A stretch of DNA of 64,000 nt from Octopus vulgaris (Eukaryota), in contig OX597832.1 of assembly GCA_951406725.2 (NCBI GenBank), positions 32,488,001 to 32,552,000 of the forward strand, read 5' to 3'. Shown here piece by piece: positions 13,829-26,350 of this stretch. Numbering within the stretch: the stretch's first letter is position 1; each line of letters starts with the position of its first letter. The notes beneath the pieces were generated by a model. The model did no database searches, was not told the origin of the DNA, and saw nothing but the letters and a program-made list of their open reading frames with translations. The translations under genes and the position numbers were made by a program.

Positions 13829-14299
13829 GAGTGAGCGAGCAGAGCATGCCATCAAAGTGACACTGGGGTAAAATATACGAAGCCCAGTATACCCATCATG
13901 ACTACCCGTCTGATAAGGGTACACCAGGCACATGCATCACAACCATATGTGCGCGACATGGTGATCTCATATCAAGATAAACAGCACATGACCTTGCAGG
14001 TGGAGCCCAGTTAGAATTTTCTTCAGATCGAGTAACCCATCCCGCTCAAAAGGTCCCTGAATAAGGGTTGTTTAAGGACGTTGAACGAAACACCCATGTT
14101 TCCAGAGGTGAATTATTCAAACCCCAAAGAATCCTTCTCAACACATGGCTATGATGCTCCCCCACTACTTCTGCTCATGATCAGAGATGCACATATCGTC
14201 AGCCACTAAGGGACATGCTCAACTGGTTAAGGTCAAACAACTGACAAGCAAATCTGTGGTATTGAGCAGAATATTTGCTGTAGCCCATCTTTTATACCA
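13829..14299 (-). mobile_element. Element A copy 2, flanked by (ATT)n on both sides, truncated at right end
   Basis: Near-identical to 16308-16779; ends at ttttatacca|ttatt. Confidence 0.9.
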
Positions 14300-14304
14300 T
14301 TATT

Positions 14305-14395
<91 letters not shown>

Positions 14396-15000
14396 TTATG
14401 TTGTTTATATTATTATATGATTGAACGCGACGCATCCATTTCCAAGTAAGTTTTATCTGAATAATTCTGATTCGGCACTCTATTCTATCCTATTACACTT
14501 TCGTTTGTTTGCATGTATGTATGTATGTATGTACGTACGTATGTATGTATGTATGTATGTATGTATGTATGTATGTATGTATGTATGTATGTATGTATGT
14601 ATGTATACATGGATATAAACATAGGAACGCGTCAGAGTACAGTATAAAGCGCGTCCACCCTCAGAATTGCCCAATACTATCCGGTAGCATAATTCTCAAA
14701 GGTAATCTTGTATATACACATAAATATATTAAAAAATATGACGACGAACATAAGATTACGGTTATTATTTTCACTATCTTAGAACTGTTTCAGTTATAAG
14801 TTGTTGTAGATTCACAAGTTGGTTGTCAGAATAACATCATATATCTTAATCGGAGCCTCGATCAGTTCTTCCTGTCATCTCTGTTTCTTCTTACCAATCT
14901 ATGTTCATTTAACACTTTGTTCTGAAACATTCGTATATCAGGTCCCACACCAGGATCTGCGTCGCGAAATGACTAAGTAATATATATATATATATATATA

Positions 15001-15275
15001 TTAATAATAAATATTAGGGAATAAATCCAAACTTACAGGGAAAAATCAGATTTAGGATCGATTCCTATTTTATAGTAAAATATTATATTATATTAAATTA
15101 GAGACAACACCACTATTATGCAAATCAAACAAAGAAAGACTTAAGCCAATACATAAATTAATTTATATTATTTAAAAATTTAACAATTATTAATATCCAC
15201 TACGATCGTTTCATGTCTTCTTTTATCACATCTTTGAGTAGTAGACATTCTTCAGGTGGTTTCAAAATCAGACAA
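15001..15275 (-). mobile_element. Penelope-like pLTR fragment between two (TA)n tracts
   Basis: AT-rich segment carrying a minimal hammerhead motif, bounded by TA repeats on both sides; minimal HHRs are characteristic of PLE pLTRs. Confidence 0.6.
15197..15259 (-). ncRNA. Minimal type-I hammerhead ribozyme
   Basis: Minus strand: ccac CUGAAGA augucu-(24 nt)-agacau GAAA c gauc g UA gugg. Complete core, 4-bp stem I, 6-bp stem II, palindromic stem III (ACGAUCGU), GUA cleavage triplet. Confidence 0.8.
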
Positions 15276-15316
15276 TATATATATATATATATATATATAG
15301 GTATGTATGTATGCTT

Positions 15317-15850
15317 ATTCTCAGTACACTCCTCTATGGATCTGAAACATGGACCTTGTACAGCAGACATGAAAGGTGCCTCGGCATTTTCCATCTCAGA
15401 TGACTCCGCAAGGTCTTAGGCCTAACATGTCGCGACAAGGTCACCAATGTTGAAGTGCTGGCGCTGGTGAATCTTCAAAGCATGACAGCTATCTTGTGTA
15501 TGAGAAGACTGAGGTGGCTGGGACATGAATCCTGAAGCAACTGTTCTATGGAGAACTGGCCCAAGGTAAGAGACCAAGAGGAAGAGCAAAACTGAGGTAT
15601 GAGGAAACTGACAAAACTAGTTTGTCCATATGTGAGGTGGATGTCAGCAGCTGGGAAGAGAGGGCTGAGGAGAGAACAACATGGAGAACTGTGGTGAAGG
15701 AAGGAACTGATTTGCTGGAGAGCAGCTACAGAAACAAACATGTTGAGAAGCGTCAGCGGTGAAAGGAAAACAACAGAAATACAAAGCACCGAGCCACCCT
15801 CTTGGTATGCAAGTACTGTGACAGAAGCTGTGCTTCAATCATTGGAAGAA
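15317..15850 (+). mobile_element. RTE-clade LINE 3' fragment
   Basis: ILSTLLYGSETWTLYSRHERCLGIFHLR*LRKVLGLTCRDKVTNVEVL...RRLRWLGH / ILKQLFYGELAQGKRPRGRAKLRYEE, ending near CKYCDRSCAS. Confidence 0.9.
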
Positions 15851-15931
15851 GCAGCGATAAAAGAAGCTGCAAGAAAGGAAGCCCCTGATATGTTCGATTA
15901 CGGGAACTCTAAGCTAAATTGACCGTCTGCA

Positions 15932-15982
<51 letters not shown>

Positions 15983-16029
15983 GTTTATTATTATTAATAT
16001 CATTATTATTATTATTATTATTATTATCA

Positions 16030-16264
16030 TTCAGTAGTTTTATTTTTATAGCGTGCTTTCACTTCACTACCGAGCGCAGCTCTGTGTGCCTTGGGTATGT
16101 GCTGTGATTTGTTGTGATGCCCTGATGGTTATTGTATGGAAAGTGTTCTGCGTAGGATGTGTGCAGTGCCTAGTAGTGCAATTTTCTGTATGTTATATGT
16201 GTTTGTAAGTCCTGGTGTTTTTGTTATGTATTTGTCTGAATATTTTTTTATCATGCCTAATGCA
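16030..16264 (-). mobile_element. R4/Dong-clade (RLE) LINE, short 3' end inside (TAA)n
   Basis: ALGMIKKYSDKYITKTPGLTNTYNIQKIALLGTAHILRRTLSIQ* plus 3' UTR; homologous to 24477-24665; (ATT)n on both sides. Confidence 0.88.
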
Positions 16265-16267
16265 TGA

Positions 16268-16307
<40 letters not shown>

Positions 16308-16863
16308 GAGTGAGAGAGCAGTTCATGCCATCAAAGTGACACTGGGGTAAAATATACGAAGCCCAATATACCCATCATGACTACCCGTCTGATAAGGGCA
16401 CACCAGGCACATGCATCACAACCATATGTGCGCGACATGGTGATCTCATATCAAGATAAACTGCACATGACCTTGCAGGTGGGGCCCAGTTAGAATTTTC
16501 TTCAGGTTGAGTAGCCCATCCTGTTCAAACGGTCCCTGAATAAGGGTTGTTTAAGGATGTTGAAAAAAACTACCCATGTCTCCAGAGGTGAATTATTCAA
16601 AGCCCAAAGAATCCCTCTCAACACATGGCTATGATGCTCCCCCACTACTTCTGCTCGTGATCAGAGATGCACATATCGTCAGCCACTAAGGGACATGCTC
16701 AACTGGTTAAGGTCAAACAACTGACAAGCAAATCTGTGGTATTGTGCAGAATATTTGCTGTAGCCCATCTTTTATACCAAGACAGAACAATGTACATGAT
16801 AACACTTCCAATCAGTTAAGATCAGAAGCCATGAGAGCCACTGCCTGGTACTGCATCAGGGCA
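16308..16863 (-). mobile_element. Element A copy 3, apparently full length (~556 bp), non-coding
   Basis: Same left end as copies 1 and 2; extends ~84 bp further to ...gagccactgcctggtactgcatcagggca; no recognisable ORF. Confidence 0.85.
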
Positions 16864-17513
16864 TCCACTGCCTGGTACTGCATCAGGGCAATTACCTGGT
16901 ACTGCATCAGGGCAATGCCTGGTACTGCATCAGGGCAATGCCTGGTACTGCATCAGGGCAATGCCTGGTACTGCATCAGGGCAATGCCTGGTACTGCATC
17001 AGGGCAATGCCTGGTACTGCATCAGGGCAATGCCTGGTACTGCATCAGGGCAATGCCTGGTACTGCATCAGGGCAATGCCTGGTACTGCATCAGGGCAAT
17101 GCCTGGTACTGCATCAGGGCAATTACCTGGTACTGCATCAGGGCAATGCCTGGTACTGCATCAGGGCAATGCCTGGTACTGCATCAGGGCAATGCCTGGT
17201 ACTGCATCAGGGCAATGCCTGGTACTGCATCAGGGCAATGCCTGGTACTGCATCAGGGCAATGCCTGGTACTGCATCAGGGCAATGCCTGGTACTGCATC
17301 AGGGCAATGCCTGGTACTGCATCAGGGCAATGCCTGGTACTGCATCAGGGCAATGCCTGGTACTGCATCAGGGCAATGCCTGGTACTGCATCAGGGCAAT
17401 GCCTGGTACTGCATCAGGGCAATGCCTGGTACTGCATCAGGGCAATGCCTGGTACTGCATCAGGGCAATGCCTGGTACTGCATCAGGGCAATGCCTGGTA
17501 CTGCATCAGGGCA
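16844..17513. repeat. Minisatellite: 29 copies of cctggtactgcatcagggca, mostly 23-bp period
   Basis: Counted by eye; linker atg in most units, atta after units at 16871 and 17102, tccactg after the first; ends in (att)n. Confidence 0.95.
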
Positions 17514-17594
<81 letters not shown>

Positions 17595-17773
17595 CATGTA
17601 TGTGTGTGTATGTGTATATATTAATATACATATATATATATATGTAACCATCAAGAGGAAGTGAGAGTAGACATAGACAGCAAGTGAGACAAGTGAGGCA
17701 GAGAGTAGGACAAACAAATATACAGACCGCTAGATAGAAAGATAGATAGATAGATAGACAGAGCGATTGATAG

Positions 17774-17827
<54 letters not shown>

Positions 17828-18644
17828 ATGTCAGATTAATACACCTAACACTAACACACATAGGTACACATACAGAGCATAGCCAAGCAACCACATATCT
17901 CCAATTCCCTGAAATATACGTTTCAACATCTAAAGAATCTGCATAATGCTGATCGGCAGCAAATGTGCTTGTATCAAACTTGACATGAATTAACTGCCTA
18001 GATTATCCTTAACCATTCTGCAGAGACATCGTAAATAATTACTTACAGCAGAAGGTGATAAACTGTTGCAAGACGAAGATTTTTATTGCAAGTCTTTAGT
18101 ATTCTTGTCACAATCCGAAAGTTGTTCTCTCTTCGAATATATCCTGGCAACCGATATACACTGGGTTTGTGAATAGCGATTATATTTATCTGTAGGAGAT
18201 GATGATTCAATCACTCGGTGTTTCGTGTTCCACGCTTTTGCGCGTTCGTTCATCTTGCTGTCGCTTGGGAGGATGCAAAAACGAGATACACTCTCATACG
18301 ATGGTCGGTATCAGAAGACGCACAGGTTGAAGGAAAGAAAAAACTTAATGAAATTAACCAAGAAACATGCAGACACACAAAGCGGCATAAACACACACAC
18401 ACGTATATATATGTATATATATATATATGTGTGTGATATATGTGTGTGTATTTGTATATCTTTATACAGATCCTTGAATGTATATATGTATATTCATGTA
18501 TATGTAAGTATATATGTGCGTGTGTGCATGGGTGGGTGTTTATACATTTATCTATATATATATATGTATATTATTTATACACGCACACACAAACTTCTAT
18601 GTATAATATACAAACACGCATATATATGTATGCATACATATATA

Positions 18645-18695
<51 letters not shown>

Positions 18696-19723
18696 ATATA
18701 TATATATATATATATCAATGGATGAATGTACACAGTGTGTGTGTGTCCAAGTATGTATATATCTATCTATCCATCTATGTATATGTGCATATACAATCAT
18801 ACAAAATCATCCGGGCGTAAAGCAGAACAATAACCTCTGCCGATAAATAGATGCACGTAAATAAATAAATAAATAAAATATATTTAGAAGCCAAATATAC
18901 CTGCCGAAATGAAAAAGAAAAAAGTGAAAGAACTAGCAACAATGCATATCAGAGAAATATGTATGAACAAACCCACGGACCTACCGACTGAGCGGCCAAC
19001 CGACCACCTAGCACACAATCTTTCGAAGCGGTGTGCGCTATACCTCATCGTATCACATCACACCACATCACAGAATATCACATCACAGTATAGCGAAGCA
19101 TTGCAATATAAGAAGGACTGTATAATTCATAACAAATCTGAACGCATCTAACTGTATTATATTACAATATTTCTCTATGGTCGAGAAGCAGTTAGATGTT
19201 TAATGCAATCGTGCGTATCTGCAAAACCAGTAAAACGAAACGGCCTCAATATGAAGCTAAAATGCTTTCCCTGCTAAAAGCATCCTTTATGTATTTATAT
19301 ATTTTTTCCCTTCGTATTACATAGGGTTTTCTCTTACTGCTTTTCTTCTTTATTCTTCCTTTATCCGATGATAGAGGTTTGGTTCTTTACAATTTGTTGT
19401 TCACTGAGTAAATTGTATACGTGCATATGTGTATATGCTGACATACACATACATATATACTTGCATACACATATATATGTATACATACAAATATATATAT
19501 ATATATATATCGATACAAATGTCTATGTATATATATATATATATATAACTTACATGTATTTTTATTTATGTAAATATAAAGAGAAAACATATATATGTAT
19601 ATATTTAATATCTATAAATGTATGTATGTATATACATGTATATATATATATATAGAGAGAGAGATAGAGATATACATATCTATCTATCTATATATATATT
19701 ATATCTATTTATGTATATATATA

Positions 19724-19811
<88 letters not shown>

Positions 19812-21764
19812 CTATAAGTTATATCTATATATCTGTGTATAAATATATGCAAGTAAAATAAAAAGGGGTGAGATTGCTGTAAATACTTAATGCGATGGTT
19901 TCTAATGATGAAACATTGATAGATGTTGTCACCATCCATCAGCAAATATCTGCCTTATCTCTCCTCCGCTTCCGTCACATCGTCATTATCAAACTCATTA
20001 AAATTCCCCATATTTGAATATTATCATCATTACTGTTATTCTCATCATCGTCATCATCAGTCTCATCATCATTATCATGATCATGATCATCATCGCCGTC
20101 ATCGTTATCATAATAATAATAATAATAATAATTATTATTATTATTATTATTATTATTATTGTCGTTGTTGTTGTTGTCGTTATTATTGTTATTGTTATAG
20201 TTATTTATATGTTATTCGTAATATTGATAGCCAATCATAAACTTCATCATTTATCGTTATTTTAAAAAGCTGACGTATCCGGTAATTCCTGGGAAAGCAG
20301 GGCTTATCCCTTGGTTCCGTTTTCATAATTGTTTCGCTAATCCAATAACAGATGTGCAATAGCCCTTAAAACGGTTTTTGTGCATTTTCAGAGAATACCG
20401 AACTGTCTTACACAGGATCTTGCTTTTAGGAGATCCCAATAAGTTATAAATACGCAAATTGTGAAGTCAGTTATGTAATAACACGAAATTAGTTTTCCGA
20501 TAGTAAGAATTCAAATAAAGTAGCCCCGAAAATGGGCTTTAATGCGTTCGCAGAGTATCTAGAACATAGAAGGAAATACTAATAAATTATATATTCTAAA
20601 ATCGTGAAGCATGTTACGTAATAACAGGCTAATCAGCTAGCCTGTTATTAGTAAATAACTAAAAAAAAAAGGTATTTTGTGCGTTCCTAGAGAATATTAC
20701 CTTCAGCGGCGCTAGTGTTGATATATTCGTGAATAAGCCACTACCACTAACCTAAATTAGTGGATCTATTGTTTAGGAAATCTTTTATTTACTTGTTTAA
20801 GCAGTGTACTGGACAAATTGCGAAAATAACTCTAACAGTTCAAATACTAAGAAATAAGCATACTCAATTTGATTTATACCAAATAATTTAGGAATCAAGT
20901 TTCATGAAAATCAATAAAACGATGCAGGAGGTGTTAGCTAACAACTCCACAAAAACACAAACAGACAGATTTTCCCACATATTTTGTAGATTATTTTTAT
21001 TGATATGCTCATTATTCGTGTGGACATTAATTCTCATATGTTCTCCCTGTTTCACTATTTACTTCAGTTCCGTACTGTTATATGCGTCCACTTCCTGGCT
21101 GCTGTTTTGTACATGTACATGTTTGTATTTGCCTGGCTGTGTTTGTGTCTTTCCGAATTTCTCCGTGATTTCTCTTCTTTTTATTCCTAACGTGTGTCAC
21201 AGAATATACTTTACTATCATGTACCATCTATAAAGAACCGATATTATATCTTTAATAATATATTTAAACGCTTCATACACCGGACAAAAAGCCGTTACGA
21301 ATTAAGTTTTCAAATCGCCAAAACTGTAATAACGTAGAATGAATGTATTTTGAGAGCTGAGATCTTCACTGAATATTTACGAATGTGCACACGATGTTGA
21401 AGGGCGTCCTATGACCTAGTGATCAGAAGAAACCTGGCTTCGGATTCAAGGTATGTCTTAAGAGAAGGACATATATTTGTGGAGTACATAAACCACATTG
21501 ATGTAGTGAACTCACTTTTAGGCATTTTAATAACAGCACACAATATCTCTATGTATCTTGCACGCATCTCAAATCTCATAAAGAATGGTCACTTAAAAAA
21601 TTGCAATAGTCCGGATTATATGTACAAATTCATCATTATGCATAATACATATATTGTAAGAGGTAATAATCAGACAAAATTATTATGTTTCTTTGGACGT
21701 GTTGCTTTGATAATTGATGTCGTTGCGTCAGATTTTGTTGGTCTTGACTGTTGTTGTTATGGTT

Positions 21765-21970
21765 ACTGATTGGTAGAATCATTAAAGAATCAGAAAATAT
21801 GCCTTGATGATGCCGTCGAGATTTTTACGTATTAAGTTCCTAAGCCCGCCCCATCCGTAATCAACTGCGCTTTATATCGCAGCAATATCTATAAGACCCT
21901 GTCAACAAATGAGGGTGACTTAATTGGCGAATCCCTCCCACCAAGTTCCTAGCCTTGCGTACAAATTAAG
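21765..21970 (+). mobile_element. Degraded S1 SINE
   Basis: ttggtagaatcattaaagaatcagaaaatatgcctt...tttacgtattaagttcctaagcccgcc. Confidence 0.5.
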
Positions 21971-22107
21971 GGTTATACAGGACATCGTTTCGGCCTAATT
22001 AATAAAGCGTCGGGCAAAATGATATAACTCATAAACATGTTGGCCTAAACATAACATGGAGATTTGAAAGCATTGTTAGAGTCGGGGAAATGGAATCAAA
22101 CTATTTC

Positions 22108-22460
22108 CACGGTAGTGGCTGTGTTGTAAGAAGTTTGCTTCCTAACATCATGTTTCCGGGTTCGGTCCCACAACATGGCACGTTGGACAAGTGTTCTCTA
22201 CCCCAACCTCGAGCCAACGAAATGCTTCTGAGTGAATTTGATTGACGGAAACTGAAAGAAACATGTACATATATAATTATGTATTCATGGATGTAGACGT
22301 GTGTGTGTCTCTTTGTCTGTGTTGTCCCCAACACCGTTTGACAACTGGTGCTGGTGTGCATAATCAGCCCATGTAACTTAGCGATTCGGCAAAACAGACC
22401 TTCAGTATAAATCCCAGGCTTTAAAAAAATAAGTACAGGAGGCAAATTCGTCCGACTAAA
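22108..22460 (+). mobile_element. tRNA-derived SINE, family S3
   Basis: gtggctgtgttgtaagaagtttgcttcc...ccgggttcggtccca (B box)...gacggaaactgaaagaa...gtaacttagcgattcggcaaaa; homologous to 40565-40880. Confidence 0.8.
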
Positions 22461-23472
22461 ATTTATCAGGATCTTCTAATAAATTCAAGGAACCTGGACG
22501 ATGATCTTTCACCACGGAAAACAACTGTAAAGATATCTGAGAAGAAAAGGAACATTGAATGTTGTATGATCTTTAATGATAAATCTGTCCCAGAGAACTG
22601 TCTGGATACGAAATGATGCTATAAAGTATTTAGGTATTGAACACGTTTAGATATACCAGTGGCTGCGAAATAAATATGCATATAATATTATCGATCGCAC
22701 ATACAGCGCGAACGTGGTTTTCCTTTCGCCAAATTTGGCGTATAAACAAATCACACACACTTTGTATGTGTGACCGATAATGTTTACATTGTTAGATCTG
22801 CTTTTAAGTCGTAAATGAATGTATATAATAATGCTTAACCACTGGAAGCTGTAATTCTGTAAGGGACTGAAACGTTTTATTAAGAATGAATATTTTTAAC
22901 AAGATCTCTGTCGGGTGTAAACTGCGAAAACAAAACGTAGAAAGAATTGACGTAATTATAACGTGGAAATTATTTTACTATTGAAAGACATTTGAAAACA
23001 GTGCGGGAATAATATTATTAGACAAGGTATTCAATTATATGAAGATAACTATCGATCACAATACTCTGTCTAGACCTATGATCAAATACACATTAGCCAA
23101 GACATTCTTGAATTATTGTTTTAGAAATAGCATAACACCAAACCAAACTATTCGATCTATGATTCTTTGTTTTCAGTAGCGCACTGTATTTTACGGAAGA
23201 TTACACAAGATAACACTAGCTCGAAGATTTACCACGCAGATACAGCCGCTGTATTTTATTACTATGTCGAAATAAGACAGATTAACCAAAAGTTGCTCTT
23301 AAAGAATCAGGGAATGGATTTTTCAATCTTAGGTCGCTGGCGCAGTTTTTTTTTAATTTCCTTCCCGTCTTATATGAACAGGTTTTGAGGAGTCTGATTA
23401 ATTTGCAGTTGAACTTCGTCTCATGGATATAATGAAATAATGACCGTGGTTGTGTATGTTAATGTAGATACT

Positions 23473-23680
23473 GGATTGGTAGAATCGTAAGAGCACGAGG
23501 GAAGAATGCATTCTCAGTGTTTATTCAGGTTCTTTGCATTACGAGTTCGAATCGTCACTGAGGCGAACTTTACTTTCTAGCTCTCCTAGGCTGAGAAAAT
23601 AAAACATTAGTCACATACTACAGCGATGATATCGATTAAACTTCTCTTCGAATCTCGTGGCCTTGCGCATATAATATTGC
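23473..23680 (+). mobile_element. Degraded S1 SINE
   Basis: ttggtagaatcgtaagagcacg...gagttcgaatcgtcactgaggcgaactttactttc. Confidence 0.65.
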
Positions 23681-24435
23681 CAAGCATTATTATTTTTATT
23701 ATGACAGACATTTCCACTTTCATTGCTGTTGTGGTCCCTATTAATTGAGGTGACCTCTAAGCGTTTTTCTGTGATAGAAATGATCAAATTATTTGAATGA
23801 TGGAGTATTTCTCCAATTTTGTTACAGCTTCCTCTGATATAAACGTTGTAGATTCGAAGACTCCATAGCTGCCCCAATAATACTTTTCTTCAGATTTCTT
23901 TGAGTTAAACTAAATCTATTATGACCACAATTTCAATTACAACAATGAAATTTAAATACCGGAAACAACGTATTGTACTAATATTTCTACTGTGGCATTC
24001 ATTTTACTGTTATATATGTATTTCTTGTTATCTTGGTACTTGCGTTGTAAATTATGTAGAAGTCGTTTGTGTTTGTCCTCCGCTCCGTCGCCATATTGTT
24101 TGATTGACTGTTTTCTATGTATCACGTCTCTTTTGATCAGGTTTCTTTTGATATTTAACAACTTGAAAAAAAAACGTTAATAACATAATTATGTACTTGT
24201 TGTTGTTTAGCTACAGTGTAACCCTGTTTGAAGGGACTGTAATCAAAAGGAAAAAAACAAGTCATAAATAGCTGCATTCTTTGAAGTATGCAGAATTTTC
24301 TTTTCATTCTTTGGAGCTTGTTAAAATGAAGTAATAGTCAAATACGGGGATCAACGTAATTGGGAAACCCCAACCTATTAAACATTGCTGTTATTCAATG
24401 AAAGGTTGAACCAATTGCTTTTATCACTATAATTG

Positions 24436-24476
<41 letters not shown>

Positions 24477-25103
24477 GAAGCATAACTCTGTGTGCCGGGT
24501 ATGTGCTGTGGTTTGTTGCGATGCTCTCATTTTTAATATATTGAAAGTGTTTTAAGTAGGATGTGTGTGGTGCCTACCAATGCTATTTTCTGTATGTTAT
24601 ATATATTTGTTAGTCCTGGTGTTTTTGTTATGCATTTGTCTGAATTTTTTATCATACCTAATGCACCCACTATGATAGGAATTGTTTCTGTTTTTAGATT
24701 CCACATTCGTGCTACCTCTGTTTCCAGGTCTTTGTATTTTGAAAATTTCTCCATTTCTTTCAGAGAAACGTTGTCATCTGTAGGCATTTATACATCAATC
24801 AGAAAGCATATTTTTCTTGTTGAACTCTTACAACTATATCCGGCCTATCGTAGTTAATTTCTCTATCTGTGTGTATTGACATATCCCATAGTATTGTTGC
24901 TTTCTCATTTTCTGGGACCTTTTTCGACGTGTTCCTATACCGTCTTTTTTTGGTTGTTATTTCATGGGGTTGGTACAGGTTGCAATTTATATAGGTCCTA
25001 ACTTTGTCATGCCTGTGAATATATTTCTCCGGAGCCAGGACCAGGAAGCCAGAAACAATATGATTTGTTGCTTCTTCTCCATCTCCACATATTCTGCAGT
25101 TAC
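24477..25103 (-). mobile_element. R4/Dong-clade LINE 3' fragment (CCHC finger and RLE domain), 3' end at (TAA)n
   Basis: NCRICGDGEEATNHIVSG..RHDKV / KVPENEKATILWDMSIHTDREINYDRPDIVV / EKFSKYKDLETEVARMWNLKTETIPIIVGALG...IQKIALVGTTHILLKTL. Confidence 0.92.
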
Positions 25104-25254
25104 TTGTACTTCTTTTTGTTAAACATTTTTTTGTGATTTTTGGTGGGAAATCTTGTATTCAGCTGAATATGTACAAAAGGGAGAAGGGTGACTAGCGTTA
25201 TATCATTTAGTAATTCCCAATATATATGTGTATGCGTCTCTCTCTCTCTCTCTC

Positions 25255-25312
<58 letters not shown>

Positions 25313-26134
25313 GCACAGTTGAATATGTTTACACTTGTATGTGTGCATGTGTTCTGTAGATGAGTGTGTGCGAATATGAATGCCCGTGTTCAGTTGAAGT
25401 CTGCCGATATATATATATATATATATATGTATATGATTTCTGTTACAGCTAAAATAATATATATTAAGACTAATGGGATTGAGAGAGAAACGGAAAAAAA
25501 TATAATCAATATTTGATCTCCAACAAATTCTATTCGTTATGTTATTAGCCATGTCTCTGAAACGATTAAGATTTAATGACGACGACATGTCCAATATATA
25601 TATATTCGTCACCAGCATAATCACGATTTAATATCATCGCTTTCGGTCACCATTTTGTCTGTGTATGAAAATATAGTTTTTGACGAATTCTGAATTCCTT
25701 GGAAACTGGTTTTGTTAGGACTTTACTTAATATTCCATACAGGGCAAAGTGTAATGGATATGTGGAATTTGTAGTGTAGCACTGTATGTCTCTAACTGCA
25801 TTTAGTTAGATAACACTACGTTTTTGTTTCACATCACCCTGGGGCTCAAGTGTGTCTCCAGCTTGCACAGTGTACAAAATAAGTAATCTGGTCTATATTG
25901 CGATTGATGCAGGTGATTATATATGAATAGATTGCTGCCCATCTGTTTAATTAGTGCCGTGCAATATACTGTTCGCCTTGTTTGTATAGGACCTATGCGA
26001 ACTGTTAGTACGGAATCTTACGGTTTGGGAACTAGATTAACTTATAAAATATTCCTTACAAACATAGAGGAAATATTTGACAGACAACCTATGTATATTT
26101 TTAGTGTACTGTAATTATTAAATAGGTGTTCAAT

Positions 26135-26350
26135 GGCTGCAAGAACGTTGAATCTTTAGGTTATCGGAATTAATGTCCTGCAGCAAATATTCCAGTGTTT
26201 TGTATGCCGTGTTCAAATCACGTCAACATCTGATTTGTCTTTCATCATTTCGCGATCAATAAAATAAGAAAATAATTCACTACTTAGGTCGATGTTATTG
26301 ATTAAATCCTTCTCATTAAAATTGCTGGTCGTGAGACTAGATTAGAAACC
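26135..26350 (+). mobile_element. Degraded S1 SINE
   Basis: gtgttcaaatcacgtcaacatctgatttgtctttcatcatttcgcgatcaataaaataag...aaaattgctggtcgtgagactagattagaaacc. Confidence 0.55.

Noticed and set aside
16637-16863. snRNA-derived head for element A (gtagtggggga like U1; tgcagtacc like U2 loop IV, minus strand)
   Set aside because: Matches are only 9-11 nt and not collinear with one snRNA; needs a covariance-model search.
16844-17513. CRISPR array or repeat protein (ORFs of 306, 228 and 228 aa)
   Set aside because: No unique spacers and no cas genes, in a eukaryotic context; the ORFs are open only because the 23-mer lacks plus-strand stops.
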